The notes under the pieces: generated by a model
Database searches by the model: none
Told to the model about the DNA's origin: nothing
What the model saw: the letters and a program-made list of their open reading frames with translations, nothing else
Program-made: the position numbers and the translations under genes
Source: Octopus sinensis
Taxonomy: Eukaryota
DNA: 64,000 bases
Assembly (NCBI RefSeq): GCF_006345805.1
Contig: NC_042998.1
Location: 154,070,001-154,134,000, forward strand
Direction: 5' to 3'
Shown here: positions 40,143 to 52,816 of the stretch, piece by piece
Numbering within the stretch: the stretch's first letter is position 1
How the letters are laid out: every line of letters begins with the position of its first letter

Positions 40143-42847
40143 AAATAAATAAATAGAATTTTTTAATCAGTTGGACAAAATATAATTTTACTCAAATGCT
40201 CTAATAGAGCATGTATAGGGAAAGAGTCCATGTTGCCACTAATGTAGCTAAGAATACACCATACTTCTAAGAACTGTATGAAGTATGTTGGGGTCATAGC
40301 TTGTAAATGATTGTAGTTCATTTTTAATTTATTAGTCTTATTACCAACTATCAATTCTAAGACTAGAGGACTGTCTGTTTAGAAAGGAGGACAGGAGTGA
40401 GTTGACAGCACATAGCTGGGTATAGTCATAAATATTGTCAGGATTTTAGGATTAGTATAAAGTAACTGTCTATAAAGGAGGCTGGGTATGGGAAAACCTC
40501 AAATCAAGATGTTAATTACCAGCTAAAGGGGCAAGATGCTAATAAAACCTTTGATGTTAATACAGAGGAATTATCATGGGGTACTATGGGTGATTGTATA
40601 TAAACAATATTGTTATGTTGTATAAAGATAAAATTTAAGATTATTAAGAATGATATTATAATGTGTGTATATACCAATTTTCAACATTAGAAAGGGAAGA
40701 TTACATATGATTAGTTTAATATTCATTCATGTACTTAATTATTTACTTATTAGGTGGTTTGGAAAAAAAAACAAATTGTGCACAGATACATACACATATT
40801 TAACTATGTGCTCACATGGAAATATACACAAATATTTCTACTTTGTTATGGATATGTTATAATCAACTCTCATAGACTTAAGTAACTAGAAGGTTTGTAA
40901 CTCTACTTAAGAATATTAACAACTTATAGGGGATAAGAGGTTAATAGGTAAAGGTATCAAAATAAGGAAACAAAATAAAAAATTATAGAGAATAGTAGGA
41001 AAATATGTATAACTTACATTTCAAAGAGACAGTGTATTAAAATTTGAGGTAGGGGAGAGATAGAGATAATCCCACAGAAGATGCAATAGGTATGGTAGTA
41101 GTAAGGGCAGTAGGGAGTTATTCAAACTGAAGGGCTATTTTATAAGTTATAAAGTTATCTTTGTTATTACATATATGATTTTATAGTTTCACAGGGGTAT
41201 ATAATTAGGATGCTTACTTACATAAAAGCCATTACAAAATACATAATATGATTAGTAGGCTAGAACATCATGGAAAGGAATAAATAGTTTAATCACCAAA
41301 AACATGATGAAGTCAGACTAACTAGGCAGGATTATTCATAGGATAGTAACTACATGTAGCGTACCATATACTATACCATATAGCTTATAAGATATGCAAT
41401 GCACTTTAATTCATCATATGACTCAATATCCCATGATTTTATTATATATAATACTAGGAGCAAGTTCACGTCAGATATGACACTAGAAATTAATTTCTTC
41501 TATCTAGGTTCAAGTATAGCACCTTTAAACACTAATTTTGAAAATATTTAAATGTATGGGTGACTCTATGTATGCATGATACCCTTAGGTCTAATCTATT
41601 ATTAATCAGGTTGCTTTTGTTCCTATACTTAAAAATCTCATGTTTCCATAGAGAACAGCTTGCACCTGTATCAACTATCTCTATATGGTTGCACTTTCCT
41701 TCAGTTCCCAAATCTTGCTAGATAAGGACATACAATTGGCTTTATTTTTGAGCCTAAAAGATGAAAAATGGTTATTAATAATTAATGGTTATTAAAAGCA
41801 TCCAGCAAATCCATCAATTTAAATTTTAAAAAGTAGGCAACAACAGAAAATTAGATGCTATAACAAGTAGGAATTTTAGTTTAGATAGTAAGGGTAGTGA
41901 AGGGAATGGGCGGGTTGCTCCACCCTATAAGGATAAGAAAAATACTGGTAATAGAGACATACCTGATAATCAAGTCACGATTTTGAGAGTTGTTGAGAGA
42001 GCAGATAGATTCCACCCTTACATATGCTGTAAGTCTGAAAATAAAGACTTCATCTGGTACAACGTTCCCTTCAACTGTACCATATCCAGAAACATATATG
42101 GGAAATTTATGACAATTTTAGAAAAAAACTTCCCTGCTTCCCATAGATATAACAGTATATACCAATTAATCAATTTTCACAGATATCATCTGATGAGTTA
42201 GTATTTATGTATACAATATGTATAAATATTAAACTATTTCTGGATATTTTCTTTTCCTCCCTCTGTTGTGGTAAAAGCTTAGTATATACTCAAAAGTATT
42301 CATAAATTTCTATCCTTTTGTTATGATATTCTTCTTAATAATCATTTGAATAACCCTAAACTTTAACTGTATACAATATTGCAACATAGTTTAAAATATT
42401 TAACTATAATACCACATGATAAGACTTCTCCTGTTTCATTATCAATATTCTGCTAGTGGGTGACCCTCTTAATTATCTGCTAACATCTTGTTTTAAGTTT
42501 TCCCTTACTAAACCTCATGATATTGCTTATGATAAATCTTGATTTTTTTATGACTATACCAACTAGAATATCTGTCTACTCCCTCATCCCTACCCCTAAC
42601 TGATACTGCCCTCTGTTCTCTCAGTCTTAGATATACAAGGGATTTGATAAACTAGTCTATAAATTAAAACTGACCCCATAAAGACAAAAAATCAGTGACA
42701 GGCAGAGTCTTCTTGATAAATTTAGTAACTTCTATGCTGAAGTAGAGACAACATGTTCTTTGTCTATCTCCTTAACTTCTTGGAGATTTTAGGTATAATT
42801 ATACTAATGTGTCCATCTGTTCTAATCTAATTAAATTCTATGTCTTT

Positions 42848-42936
42848 GTGGAGCTGAAGATTGCTCTACATTCTAAATTGATGCAATGATTGTATTGTTC
42901 AATTAAATGGAGTTGCATGAAACGATCGTACTGCAT
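42848..42936 (+). ncRNA. Type I hammerhead with a 58-nt stem II (right-arm copy), sense to the host gene
   Basis: gtggag-CTGAAGA(42854-42860)-58 nt-GAAA(42919-42922)-cgatcg-TA-ctgcat; palindromic stem III acgatcgt; mismatches in stem I and at the base of stem II. Confidence 0.7.
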
Positions 42937-43581
42937 TACCTCTGGATATCCTTGTTGCTTATTTTGATTATATATATATATATATATGTATATACACCTT
43001 TAAGTATCATGGGCTTGTAAAACAAACTTAGCTCTTCAGGCTTAGGCAACTAAATGGAGAAAGCTCAAGATGGCTACTGGAGACTAGGTTGCTATTGGTC
43101 AAGGCAGATCACATGTTGTTGATATTAGTAGCCATATAATTATAATAGTGATATCAAATAGAGATAGAAATTCCTATTTCTAGGACTATGTGGTTGGATG
43201 GATGTTGGTGGCTCCTCATTGTCTAAAGATGAAGAGAAAGTTACAAATGACATCAGTTGCTAATGTGTAGGGGACATACTTATTGCATAAACACATGAAT
43301 GTGCATATCTGGCGCATGTTTGCTGTGTGTGTGTTTTCATGAGCTGGCAGCATTGTCTTATTGGTGGGCATGTACATGTGTGCTTGGGTGCATGTATCTG
43401 GTATGTGTGTACATATGGGTGTGAGTGTGTATCAGCTGTGTATGTGTATGTGCATCTATACATGTATATTGGTATCTGATGTGTGTATATGTGTGTGTGA
43501 GTGCAGGTATGTGCACATATACATGTACATTGATATCTGCTGCATGTGTGTATATGAATACTTCTGGTGTTTATGTATTTA

Positions 43582-44859
43582 TGCATGTGTGAACATATGG
43601 GACTGGTGTATGAGTATGTGTGGGTAGTGATGTGCTGGTGTGTTGTATTTGGTGCCACACAGTGGTAACAGTATCATTGAACAGATAATCAGATATGTTG
43701 TTAGATTAAAATTTGGATTTGCTTGGGGAAGGAAGAAAGAAAGGAAAGCAATATACATATACATGTATGTATATACACACATATATATATAAAGACAATT
43801 ATGGACAATTACAGAAAACACTGGAAAGACTGAACTGATCAGTCTGTGGAGGTTAAGTGCCCTGCCCTTGCTTATGAGGCAACTAGGTCTAAGGTGGTAT
43901 ATCTGGGTTGTTAGCAGTCAATGACTTGGAGTTCACCAGGAGGATGTACCTCTGAGGACAACAGTAAGACTGTTTGTTTTTCCTGTTAATGGTTACTGTA
44001 GATCAATGGAGAATAAGCAGTCTTTTCTGAAGATACTGCTGGCAGTTGGGGACTCTGGGTGAGTAAAGTGAAGCCTTGATGATACTCCATTTAATGATAG
44101 GGGAATCATTCTGGAAATTGTACAGTCTCCAGATAAAGAGAGAAAAGGAGGTAGAGTTTTTCCTATCTCTTCATCTGTGAGAATACACATGCTGTGTGTG
44201 TATACTGTCTCTTGAAATCATTGACCACCAAGCCAGTGAAGTGCCTTGTGATACTGTTGGATGGTGTGAGAGTGGCTTTGTAGACCACAGCCTTTCAGGA
44301 AGGTTCCTTCCAGAGGGCAGCTGGTAAGGTTTCCATTGCAGGTTGGGGACTGTGTGGTTTGCATCTGTTGTAGCATGTGATATTAGAAGTGATGTTGTTT
44401 GAACAAGAGTAGCTTTCTTTGATGTTTTGTGAGTTGAAAAGCTTCTTACAAAATGCTTCTTGATCAACAACAGGAAGGTCCTAGCTGTGCTGGTTAAAAC
44501 TTTTAGGTTACATAGGGGGTTGAACCAGATTATCTTTCTCTTTCTGGTTGTCTTCAGATATGGGACTGTTGGGTCCTCTATATATATCAACTTCTCAGTG
44601 CATCTGCTCCTTGCTAATTGCTCATTTTTATGAGGGGCAGCTCTGTTGAAGATCTATATCTGCTGAAAGTTTATGCATACATGTTTTTATTGATTGATTT
44701 TCCTTCTTTCTTCCCCCAGCACCACCACCAAATCTTAATCCAACAACAAATTTGGTTACTCCCATCAGTGACAATGTTGCCACTACATAGCACCAAATAC
44801 AAAACAATAGCACATCATTACACACACCAGTCCCATACGCTAGATATGCTCACACATGC
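43582..44859 (-). mobile_element. Penelope-like element relic flanked by a diverged inverted repeat of about 170 bp
   Basis: RKRKIIWFNPLCNLKVLTSTARTFLLLIKKHF and frameshifted GIY-YIG (SCPLEG, VYKATL, HFTGLVVNDFKRQY); arms 43582-43752 and 44694-44859. Confidence 0.75.
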
Positions 44860-46141
44860 TTAAATACCACAGGTATGCATATACGTATGCATACTAAATA
44901 CATATGCACACATGCATATACACAAAAGATAGTAATGCACATGTATACACACACATACTTCCCACACAAATGTACACACACACACACATCAGATATCAAT
45001 ATACATGTATACATGCACACAATTAATTGTTTTTTGTCTTGTTGCTGTATTGCCAGTTATCATTTTAAAATTTAGTCTTTATTCATGTACACATTTTTTA
45101 ATATTCTGTGCATATTATCTTTTGTCCAAATTTACCTACATTCTTTATTCCTATTAACAGCATTTCAACCCTTCAATTTTCTGCAGATATCTTTCTGCAT
45201 AATACTTCATTCTAGGCCTGCATTCAATTTTAATGCATACTTTCCAAGGTGACTTAGCTTTGCCAGCTTTTATCCAACATTATGCATACATAACACATTG
45301 TCCTTTTGCTTTATAATGATTATTGCTACCAATTTATGGCATGAATATTTCCATTTAAGAGCATTCATCTTTTTCTGCATTCTTTAGCTTCAAACCTGTA
45401 CGCATGCTTCACATAAATTTTTCTATTGTTTTTGTCCACTTGTCTTCCAACGAACTCACTGGCAGGGGAGTATCTGTAGGTGTGGTTAGCATTTGAAACC
45501 ACGTCAGTCCTGTAATGGATGATATCCATGACATATCAGGTTATGTTAACCTACATTTCAGTCAATCATATTTCAGGTGCATCTGTATGAATGAATGATT
45601 TGAATGGTAATTTCCACAGTTTCCCACCAAAATATGGTCATGAATGAAGATACATGAGACATGCCAGGCAGAATTTCAAGAGAACTCACAGAAGAGAGCA
45701 GATGTCTTCTTGATCAAACTATGCTAACCTTGTGTTGAAAGAACTCTCTCGCCAGACATAACATTCTCCTCACCTCTCATCAAACATAACATTTTCTCCT
45801 CTCACACACTAGCTGCTGGCTATCAGCATAACAGCCTTTGGCAAGTAGCCCTTGTAATATCAATATAGAAACAAATATGATTCATTAAAACTAAATATCA
45901 TTGATTGGTTTTATATGGGAAAATCACATGGCCAGACCAACTAATACAGCTCCCAACCACCCAATGCCACAGTTTTAACAATATTTACAATTGTCTGTGT
46001 TATAAACATTTTTTCAAGGCCTGTTTCATTATCAATATTAACTGTGCCTTCCTGATAAAACACATACTGTAAACTATCCATTTGCAGTCCATAATTTTTT
46101 CTAGCTATTTTGGTTTTCATCTATATTATTTTATTTTCTAG

Positions 46142-46201
46142 ATGGTGATTCAGATAATGAAAGTGAAACACCCAGACCACTTCCTGAAACCCCTTCTCAG
46201 A
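46142..46201 (+). CDS. Host-gene exon, acidic/proline-rich (DGDSDNESETPRPLPETPSQ); donor position uncertain
   Basis: ttattttcta g|AT GGT GAT TCA...; entry phase 1 matches the exit of 38676-38815. The nearest GTs follow 46201 and 46204 (both phase 1, weak consensus). Confidence 0.65.
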
Positions 46202-47133
46202 GTTGTATTTTTTATTTTTTATTATATATTCTTTGACATATAATTTATCAATTATTTAGTGCAAACATTGATACAACTTTTAAAATGTTTCAAATATTTA
46301 AACATACACCAGAACCTGTTATACATAAAAATATCATGGAAGATAAAGGATTACTACTATCTGCTCATAAACAATATTTAGTATTATATTTTATATTTAA
46401 TTTTAAGTGTTTATTTAAATCATATCTTTCTGACCAAACCTATTTTTTACATAATAAAATATAAGTTTTTAAATAGTCAAACGTTACTGAATAATGTTTG
46501 ATCATTTAGAGATTTGAGTTATGCTGTAAATTTCTTAATTGTTACTTTACTTTCCTATTTTAGGCCAAAGGCAGACCTGCTCTCTTTGAAAAATCTAATT
46601 TGTTAGATAGTTAGCAATTTATTTAAATGAATAATATATCTGACCTCCTTAGTTCCAAAAATTCTATATTATTAAAAAGTTTGTTCAAGAGTTTTTTCAT
46701 AAACATGTAACAATAGGATAAAGTGAAATGATTATTAAATGAAAACAAACTCAATAAACTCTAGTTAAAGATAGAGCTATTTGTTAACTCCTCTAACACC
46801 TGAACATAACACATTCTCTTCAAATCTCTCAGAAAGTCATATTTCATCATATCTATTTTTTCCACCATGGTTCAAATTAGTTGATATTTTAAAAATCCTT
46901 TATTTCATTTTACTTTCTAGTAAATTGAGCTTATTTTTTGCTATAGAACGAACATGGAATTTTTCCCATACAATAATTATTTCCTGTAGGTAGTTTTTGA
47001 AATGTTTCTTCATTCAATAATACTGAGTAGCCTTGAGTAAAATGTATAGTAGAAAAACACAGACAGTCTAATTTAATTTCGTTTTTGGATTTGGTTTGCA
47101 AGATTCTTTATGTGAGTTCGTGTGTTGAAACAT

Positions 47134-47389
47134 ATTCTGTTGTGTCTGGGGAGAGTCATTCTCTTTTTGGTGCTTCATAGTTTAACACACTCACCGGTAA
47201 AATTTCCACTTATTTCTTTTTTATTTTTCTAAAATTTTCATTGCATCTTGCACCCTTTTCAAATAATAAACAAAATACGCAACAAAAATTCTAGAAAATT
47301 AAAAAAAGAAAGAAATGGAAATTTTACCGGTGTGTGTGTTAAATTATAAGGCACCAAAAGAGAATGACTCTCCCCAAACACAACAGAAT
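47134..47389. repeat. Imperfect fold-back element, arms about 110 bp (MITE-like or PLE inversion)
   Basis: attctgttgtgtctggggagagtcattctctttttggtgc...accggtaaaatttcca versus tggaaattttaccggt...gcaccaaaagagaatgactctccccaaacacaacagaat. Confidence 0.85.
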
Positions 47390-47999
47390 CTGATAAATGT
47401 AAAAACATTATATAGTCTGATTAGCTTGATATTTATGTATTTTATACTCTTACATCTTTTAATTTATTACTTTCAGGAAAAATGCTACTTACAAACATTA
47501 GTATTGACTCTGCCCTTATTCCTCCTCTACCTATCATTAGTATGTTGTTGTTTTTGTTGGTCTCCTATTAATACTTCGCTTTAAATTGCTTACTCTTTAG
47601 TATTCATTTTTTCTTATTTTTCTTTTTAAATTGTAATGAATGGTTTATTGTTTTGACTACTTATTAACCCTATACTTTAAAACTCAATCATTTTTGAAAA
47701 GCAAATAGTTTAATGACAAAAATAGACAATTTAAAGAGAGTTAAGTATTCTTATCTATTCTTGTCATTAAACTATTTGCTTCCAGCTTACAGATGTATTT
47801 GTCAGATGTGTGCATTTCAATAATGATTGAGTTTTAAACATTTTTATACTACTTACACTGTGTTTTGCTTCTTAAGCCAATGTAATTGCTATTTACTTAT
47901 ACTATAGATCCATGCTTTGCTCTGTTTTTCCTTTGTATGAAAATATTTACTGATTGATTTATATAACTAATAACATATATGATGTATTATAAGCACCAT

Positions 48000-49600
48000 A
48001 TCTGTTATTAGTTATGTCAGTCAACCAGTCAAAGGGTCCATAATTCTTATCCTATGACTGTTTCTTTTGAAATGATATTTAACTTTCAATGATTCAGTCC
48101 ACTTAAATGCATCCATTTTAACATGTTTGCATAAATCCTTGCATAGGTTAAACACAGCATTCTTCCACTTGTTGCATTCCTTTTTCAGCACTTTTGTGAG
48201 GTTGACCTTCCTGAGATCACTTCTGCTCATGTCTTCTTTGGTTTCCTCCTCCATTGGTTTCTTCCATATGAATTTTTTGGCACTTCTTCATGCACTTTTC
48301 ATCTTCTTACCCATCATATGTTCATATTGACATAGTCATTGCTCTTGTACCCTATATTTGATTCCTCTTATACCCAATTTTTTTCTCAGTTCATCTGTAC
48401 CTTGTCATTCAATAATACTAATATTGTACATCCAAAGGATAATATTTCCTTTGTTTCTTTTCCAACTTTTGGACATGTTCTGCATTCAGTACCTACATCT
48501 TAGTATGCAGCATCATAGTTCATACACTTGCATCATCCAATTTACTTTTCACTTAGAGAATCCTCTCATTGTTAACAGAGAGATATTAGCTGCCTGAACT
48601 CTTTCCACCCTATTCTAATTCTGGCAACTAAACTTTCTAAACAACCTCCTCTACTGCTGTTTGTGTCACCTAGGTTATAGAAGGTATCAAATACTTCTAT
48701 AGAGCTCTCTGAACTTTGCAAAGAATTTATTATCCTGTGCTATGAGGGTTCACTACTCCTCTACAATTAATGCAGGAAAATTCTGTATTTACTGCCAGCC
48801 TATCTTTGTTTCCACTTATATTTCTTGTGCACCCATAGATCACAGAGTACACTGTATGGAATTTCTACTTATTCCTTATCAGTGAAAATCTTACTACTAT
48901 ATGTAGAAGAGAAATGTTTTGTTTTTGGTTCAAATATATCTTTTGGTTTATCATTCCCTTGGATGATTATATAGCTTACCACACACCTTGTTGCCCTTCC
49001 ATCTCATCTATCCTCCTTTATTCCTCCACTAGATTTATGGTCCTCCTCATCCCTCTGGCTCCCTCACTCTTCACTAGGCATATGTATTGGAGACTGCAGT
49101 GGTCCATCCACATCCCTTCACCAGGCCAATGTATAAGAGATTGCTTTTAGTCATTCCTATACCTCTGATTGTTTCACCCATCTTTACCTTTGTCCATCTC
49201 TGCTGTTCTAAATAACTTTGCCCACTTACCTCATACTGCTCCAATCTTTCTATCATCCAGGCCTTTCTGACATCATCATTCTCTTGGTACTTATATATTC
49301 CCTGTACCCACTTTTGGCCACTTTTGCTCCCACCTGTTTCTCATCTCTATATGTCTAGGCTCTAAATACATTCTAGAATATACTGTGTACAAGACATCAC
49401 CCTTCCTATACTACCCAACAACTTGTGCACCTTCAAGGTATTGGGTGAGTGAGACGTTCTTCCTAGTGCAGGTACCACAAAATGCACCCAGTGTGTCTTG
49501 TAAAGGTGTTGGCAAACTGAGCAGAAAATATGTAAGGTTCTGAAGTCCCTTTATTCAACCTCTCTTGTGTTTGTACTACGGAAAATGAACCCAGTACACT
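48000..49600 (-). mobile_element. Old RTE-like LINE relic
   Basis: Broken RT and C-terminal similarity, e.g. ORF 48021-48254 ...SDLRKVNLTK...NKWKNAV and a YLGDT-like segment at about 48660-48680. Confidence 0.5.
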
Positions 49601-52600
49601 CTGTAAAGTGGTGATGGAAAGGGCAGACAACCATAAAAACTGAGCAAAATGACATGTACAGCCATCAATCTATGAAAGATAACTCAAACTATTAATGATC
49701 CATGCAATTTATACCAGCTTGGAAAGCTGAAATAAAAATGAGTATGATGGCTAGCTTATTATTTCTATTTCTACTGCTTACTGTCATCTCAGCAATTAAC
49801 TATTTTATTTTGTTACTAAAAGTGGAGTGGTGATATTGTTAAATGCCTTATGATATCAATTTCTGAACATTTTAAATGATTAATTATGGTGGGGTTGATT
49901 TTGGCTTTCATCTTTCTTGGTTTGAGTAGTTTATTACCAGAAATACTGAAATTAATTTAATAACCATGTTTCTTCTTTACAAATTTGATTTTGTTCTGCT
50001 TCTTTGAAACATTTCTTAATGAAAAAAATGTATTTTTAGAGAGTATAAATTTCATTTCATCATTTATTGGTGAACTGTAAACCCAATGATAATATTGGTT
50101 TTAAATTTTGACACAATTGACCTCAGTGCTCAGCTGATATTTATTTTATCAACCCTGAAAGGATGTAAAGCAAAGTTAACCTCAGTGTAATTTAAACTCA
50201 GAAAATAAAGATGGATGAAATCCCACTAAGCATTTTGCCCTGTGTGCTAATGATTCTGTCAGCCCACAGCCTTAAATTTGATGATAATACTGTTACTTTA
50301 TTCATGTTTTCTCTAACCCATCTTTTATTAATTTTATGACATTTTCTGTAATTTCATTTGTCTGAGGAAATGGTGCAGTTCCTCCTAGTTTGGTTAAGTC
50401 TGTGAGATTGACATCCAGTTAAAAATGTAGGTAGAATGAAAATCGCAGAATATTTCTAGTAATTCTTGGAACTTCAGATAAACGGCTAATTAGATAAGTT
50501 GTTGGACTGCCTTGTTGAACTGCCACTACACTGGCCTTGAGTTCAAATCTGTTGCAAATATTTTGGATGCTTTTTTTATGTTGCAAAGCATTTTGCACTA
50601 ACTTTACAACATCATTGCTAGATAATGTGAGTTTCTACCATCTCTCATACCCTTGTCATCTGAAAACCAGAGTTAATTATTAGTTTTAATAAAAATATTT
50701 GATTTAGAAAAAATTCATATTTGCTTCCAAACATAGCTCTTGATTCCATTGTGTTAAGTGGTTCTCAGTTTAATCTCTGTATGGATCACTACTTTATTAT
50801 AGATAAATTGAGTTGGGAAAAATTTTTAAATGCCAGGAAACATTTTAAAATAGTTGCAGCAAGATGTAGACAAGATCACAAGAGTCTTGTAAACTTATAA
50901 TCATGAACCTTATAAACCTCTAATTTCGTGCTGACTTAATAATATGCAAATTCAGAGTCTATTTTATTACTATTAAAACAAATATATATTTTATTACTGT
51001 TTTCCTTTTACTAGTTTCACTCATTAAACTGTAGCCTTTAGAAGTTTTTAAACCATTATATGAATTCCAGCATATTTCCATTTTGAAATTTATGTTATCT
51101 CTTTTTTTCAAGCCACTAAGGTACAAGGTATAAAACCACCAGTTTTTAAACCAGTGAAAATATAAAGCTAGCACGAATACACATACTCAAGCATATCTAA
51201 TGCAGACATGCACACATACACATGCACAGACACAAACACACATACATTCACACACATACACACATGTGCACAAATGAAAGCAAATAGCACTGTGTACATG
51301 AGTAGAGTTGATTTAGTCAGAGTTACTCAGAGTTTTGCAGACACATATATCAAGTTTATGCCTATGACTAGTCAAACAATATTATGAATTGTAACAGGTG
51401 TCATCCACTAAAATTATAGCCTCTTGCCAGCCATAATTAGAAACCTTCTTGCTTGTATAAGTTGGAAAATCCCTGAGCTATTCACAGGCAGAGGTCTTTG
51501 ATAGAACAGCACCCTATTATAATGATATCTAGCTAGGAGCAGCTTAAGTAGCAAACTAGTCTACATGAATAGAATCTTATCCACCCCACAATTGAGTATA
51601 ATCAGGAAAATACATAGCTAAGAATTTCCTAGCTTTAATAAGCCATAATTTCCTACAAATACCACAAGCTTTTCCACTCACACCGTGTTAAGACTAGCTC
51701 TTCATGTATTTACAACATTGCCTCCCAAATCAAATACTGTAACTGCAAATGCTCTAAAGCTGATGTATACTTTCTAAAATCTCTCTGTCTTTGCACTGCT
51801 TCTTGGAAATGGTGTGCTGAGAAACCATAACATATTAAATAGAATTATATGAGGTTAACTATAACCATTTTCAAGGTTGTTTTGTTCAGCATCTTCAGTC
51901 ACTCTGGTGAAAGAACAGAGAAAATTCTATATCTCTGTCACATATCAGCTGGATACTTAAAGATAAGATACTGGTATGCTCTCCAGTAACATGGGGTATT
52001 ATGAATAGGGCCACTCCATACATTAAACTGGTCACCCTGAAAAGTTCTAGGTCTCAAAGCAGCCTGAGAATCTCTTAACTGGCAAACAAAGATATTGTTT
52101 AATTGCTGCTACTAGAGGATGGTACTTCTGGAATTTTTTGGTCACTCTAAAGCCAACAACCGACAACAAATCAGTTTTAGACAGTTTCAACCAGCTTGAA
52201 GATGATAGAATTGAACATAGTTGCCTCTTTCGACACCACAGCATCCTGAGCAACATAAGCCTTACTGTCTATAAATTTGTAACAAATTTTATCATTTAAC
52301 CCAATGAGAGTCAACCTTCCAAAGTGATAAATGGAGCTGATATCTTTTGTTATTATTCACAATATTGTCTGGCAGATCACATGCATATACCTAATGTATG
52401 TTTCTGTTAAACTCTAGGTAACAATGGAGTAAATTACAAAATCCTTATGTGCTTCCTCCATGCTAACATTCATTTCTTACTCAAGAAATGAGTGCTAGGA
52501 TAGAAAAAGCACATAAGTAGAACATTGTCATTAGTAAGGTCACAGAGTGTGATGAATCAAGAACTGTTTTCCTATAAAATGAACATGCTAGTGAAACTTT

Positions 52601-52808
52601 ACACTGATAATGAAAAGGCAGTCTCTTATTTCCTTTATTCCTTTATGTGTTCCAGTCCTAGGATGTGACCATGTTTATGCACTGCCATTAGTATAAATAA
52701 AAAAAATAATGCTTTCTTTCAAATGTTTTAAAATATATATTACATTTTTTATATCTCTTCATTTAAATACAAATGGATAATATTGGTCTTGTTATTCTGA
52801 TTCAACAG

Positions 52809-52816
52809 AACGTAAG
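52809..52816 (+). CDS. Candidate 8-nt microexon
   Basis: ttgttattctgattcaacag|AACGTAAG|gtaagat. Confidence 0.35.

Larger units (their letters stand above)
40021..42972. mobile_element. Decayed, rearranged Penelope-like element(s) between inverted hammerhead-bearing repeats
   Basis: Arms 40021-40142 and 42845-42972 are diverged reverse complements. The internal ORF 41983-42201 has the PLE linker KDFIWYNVPFNCTISRNIYGKFMTILEKNFP. Confidence 0.75.

Noticed and set aside
44620-44675. Hammerhead-like tttatga-ggggcag...ctgct-gaaa beside the fourth PLE
   Set aside because: The first core half is mutated and no stem I or III pairing was found.
46564-46612. Candidate exon AKGRPALFEKSNL after a strong acceptor
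   Set aside because: It needs phase 0 entry, but the preceding exon offers only phase 1 GT donors, and phase 1 gives a stop; unresolved without RNA data.
46947-46990. RTWNFS peptide resembling a PH-domain strand
   Set aside because: It lies downstream of the PH terminal helix, so the order is wrong; likely coincidence.
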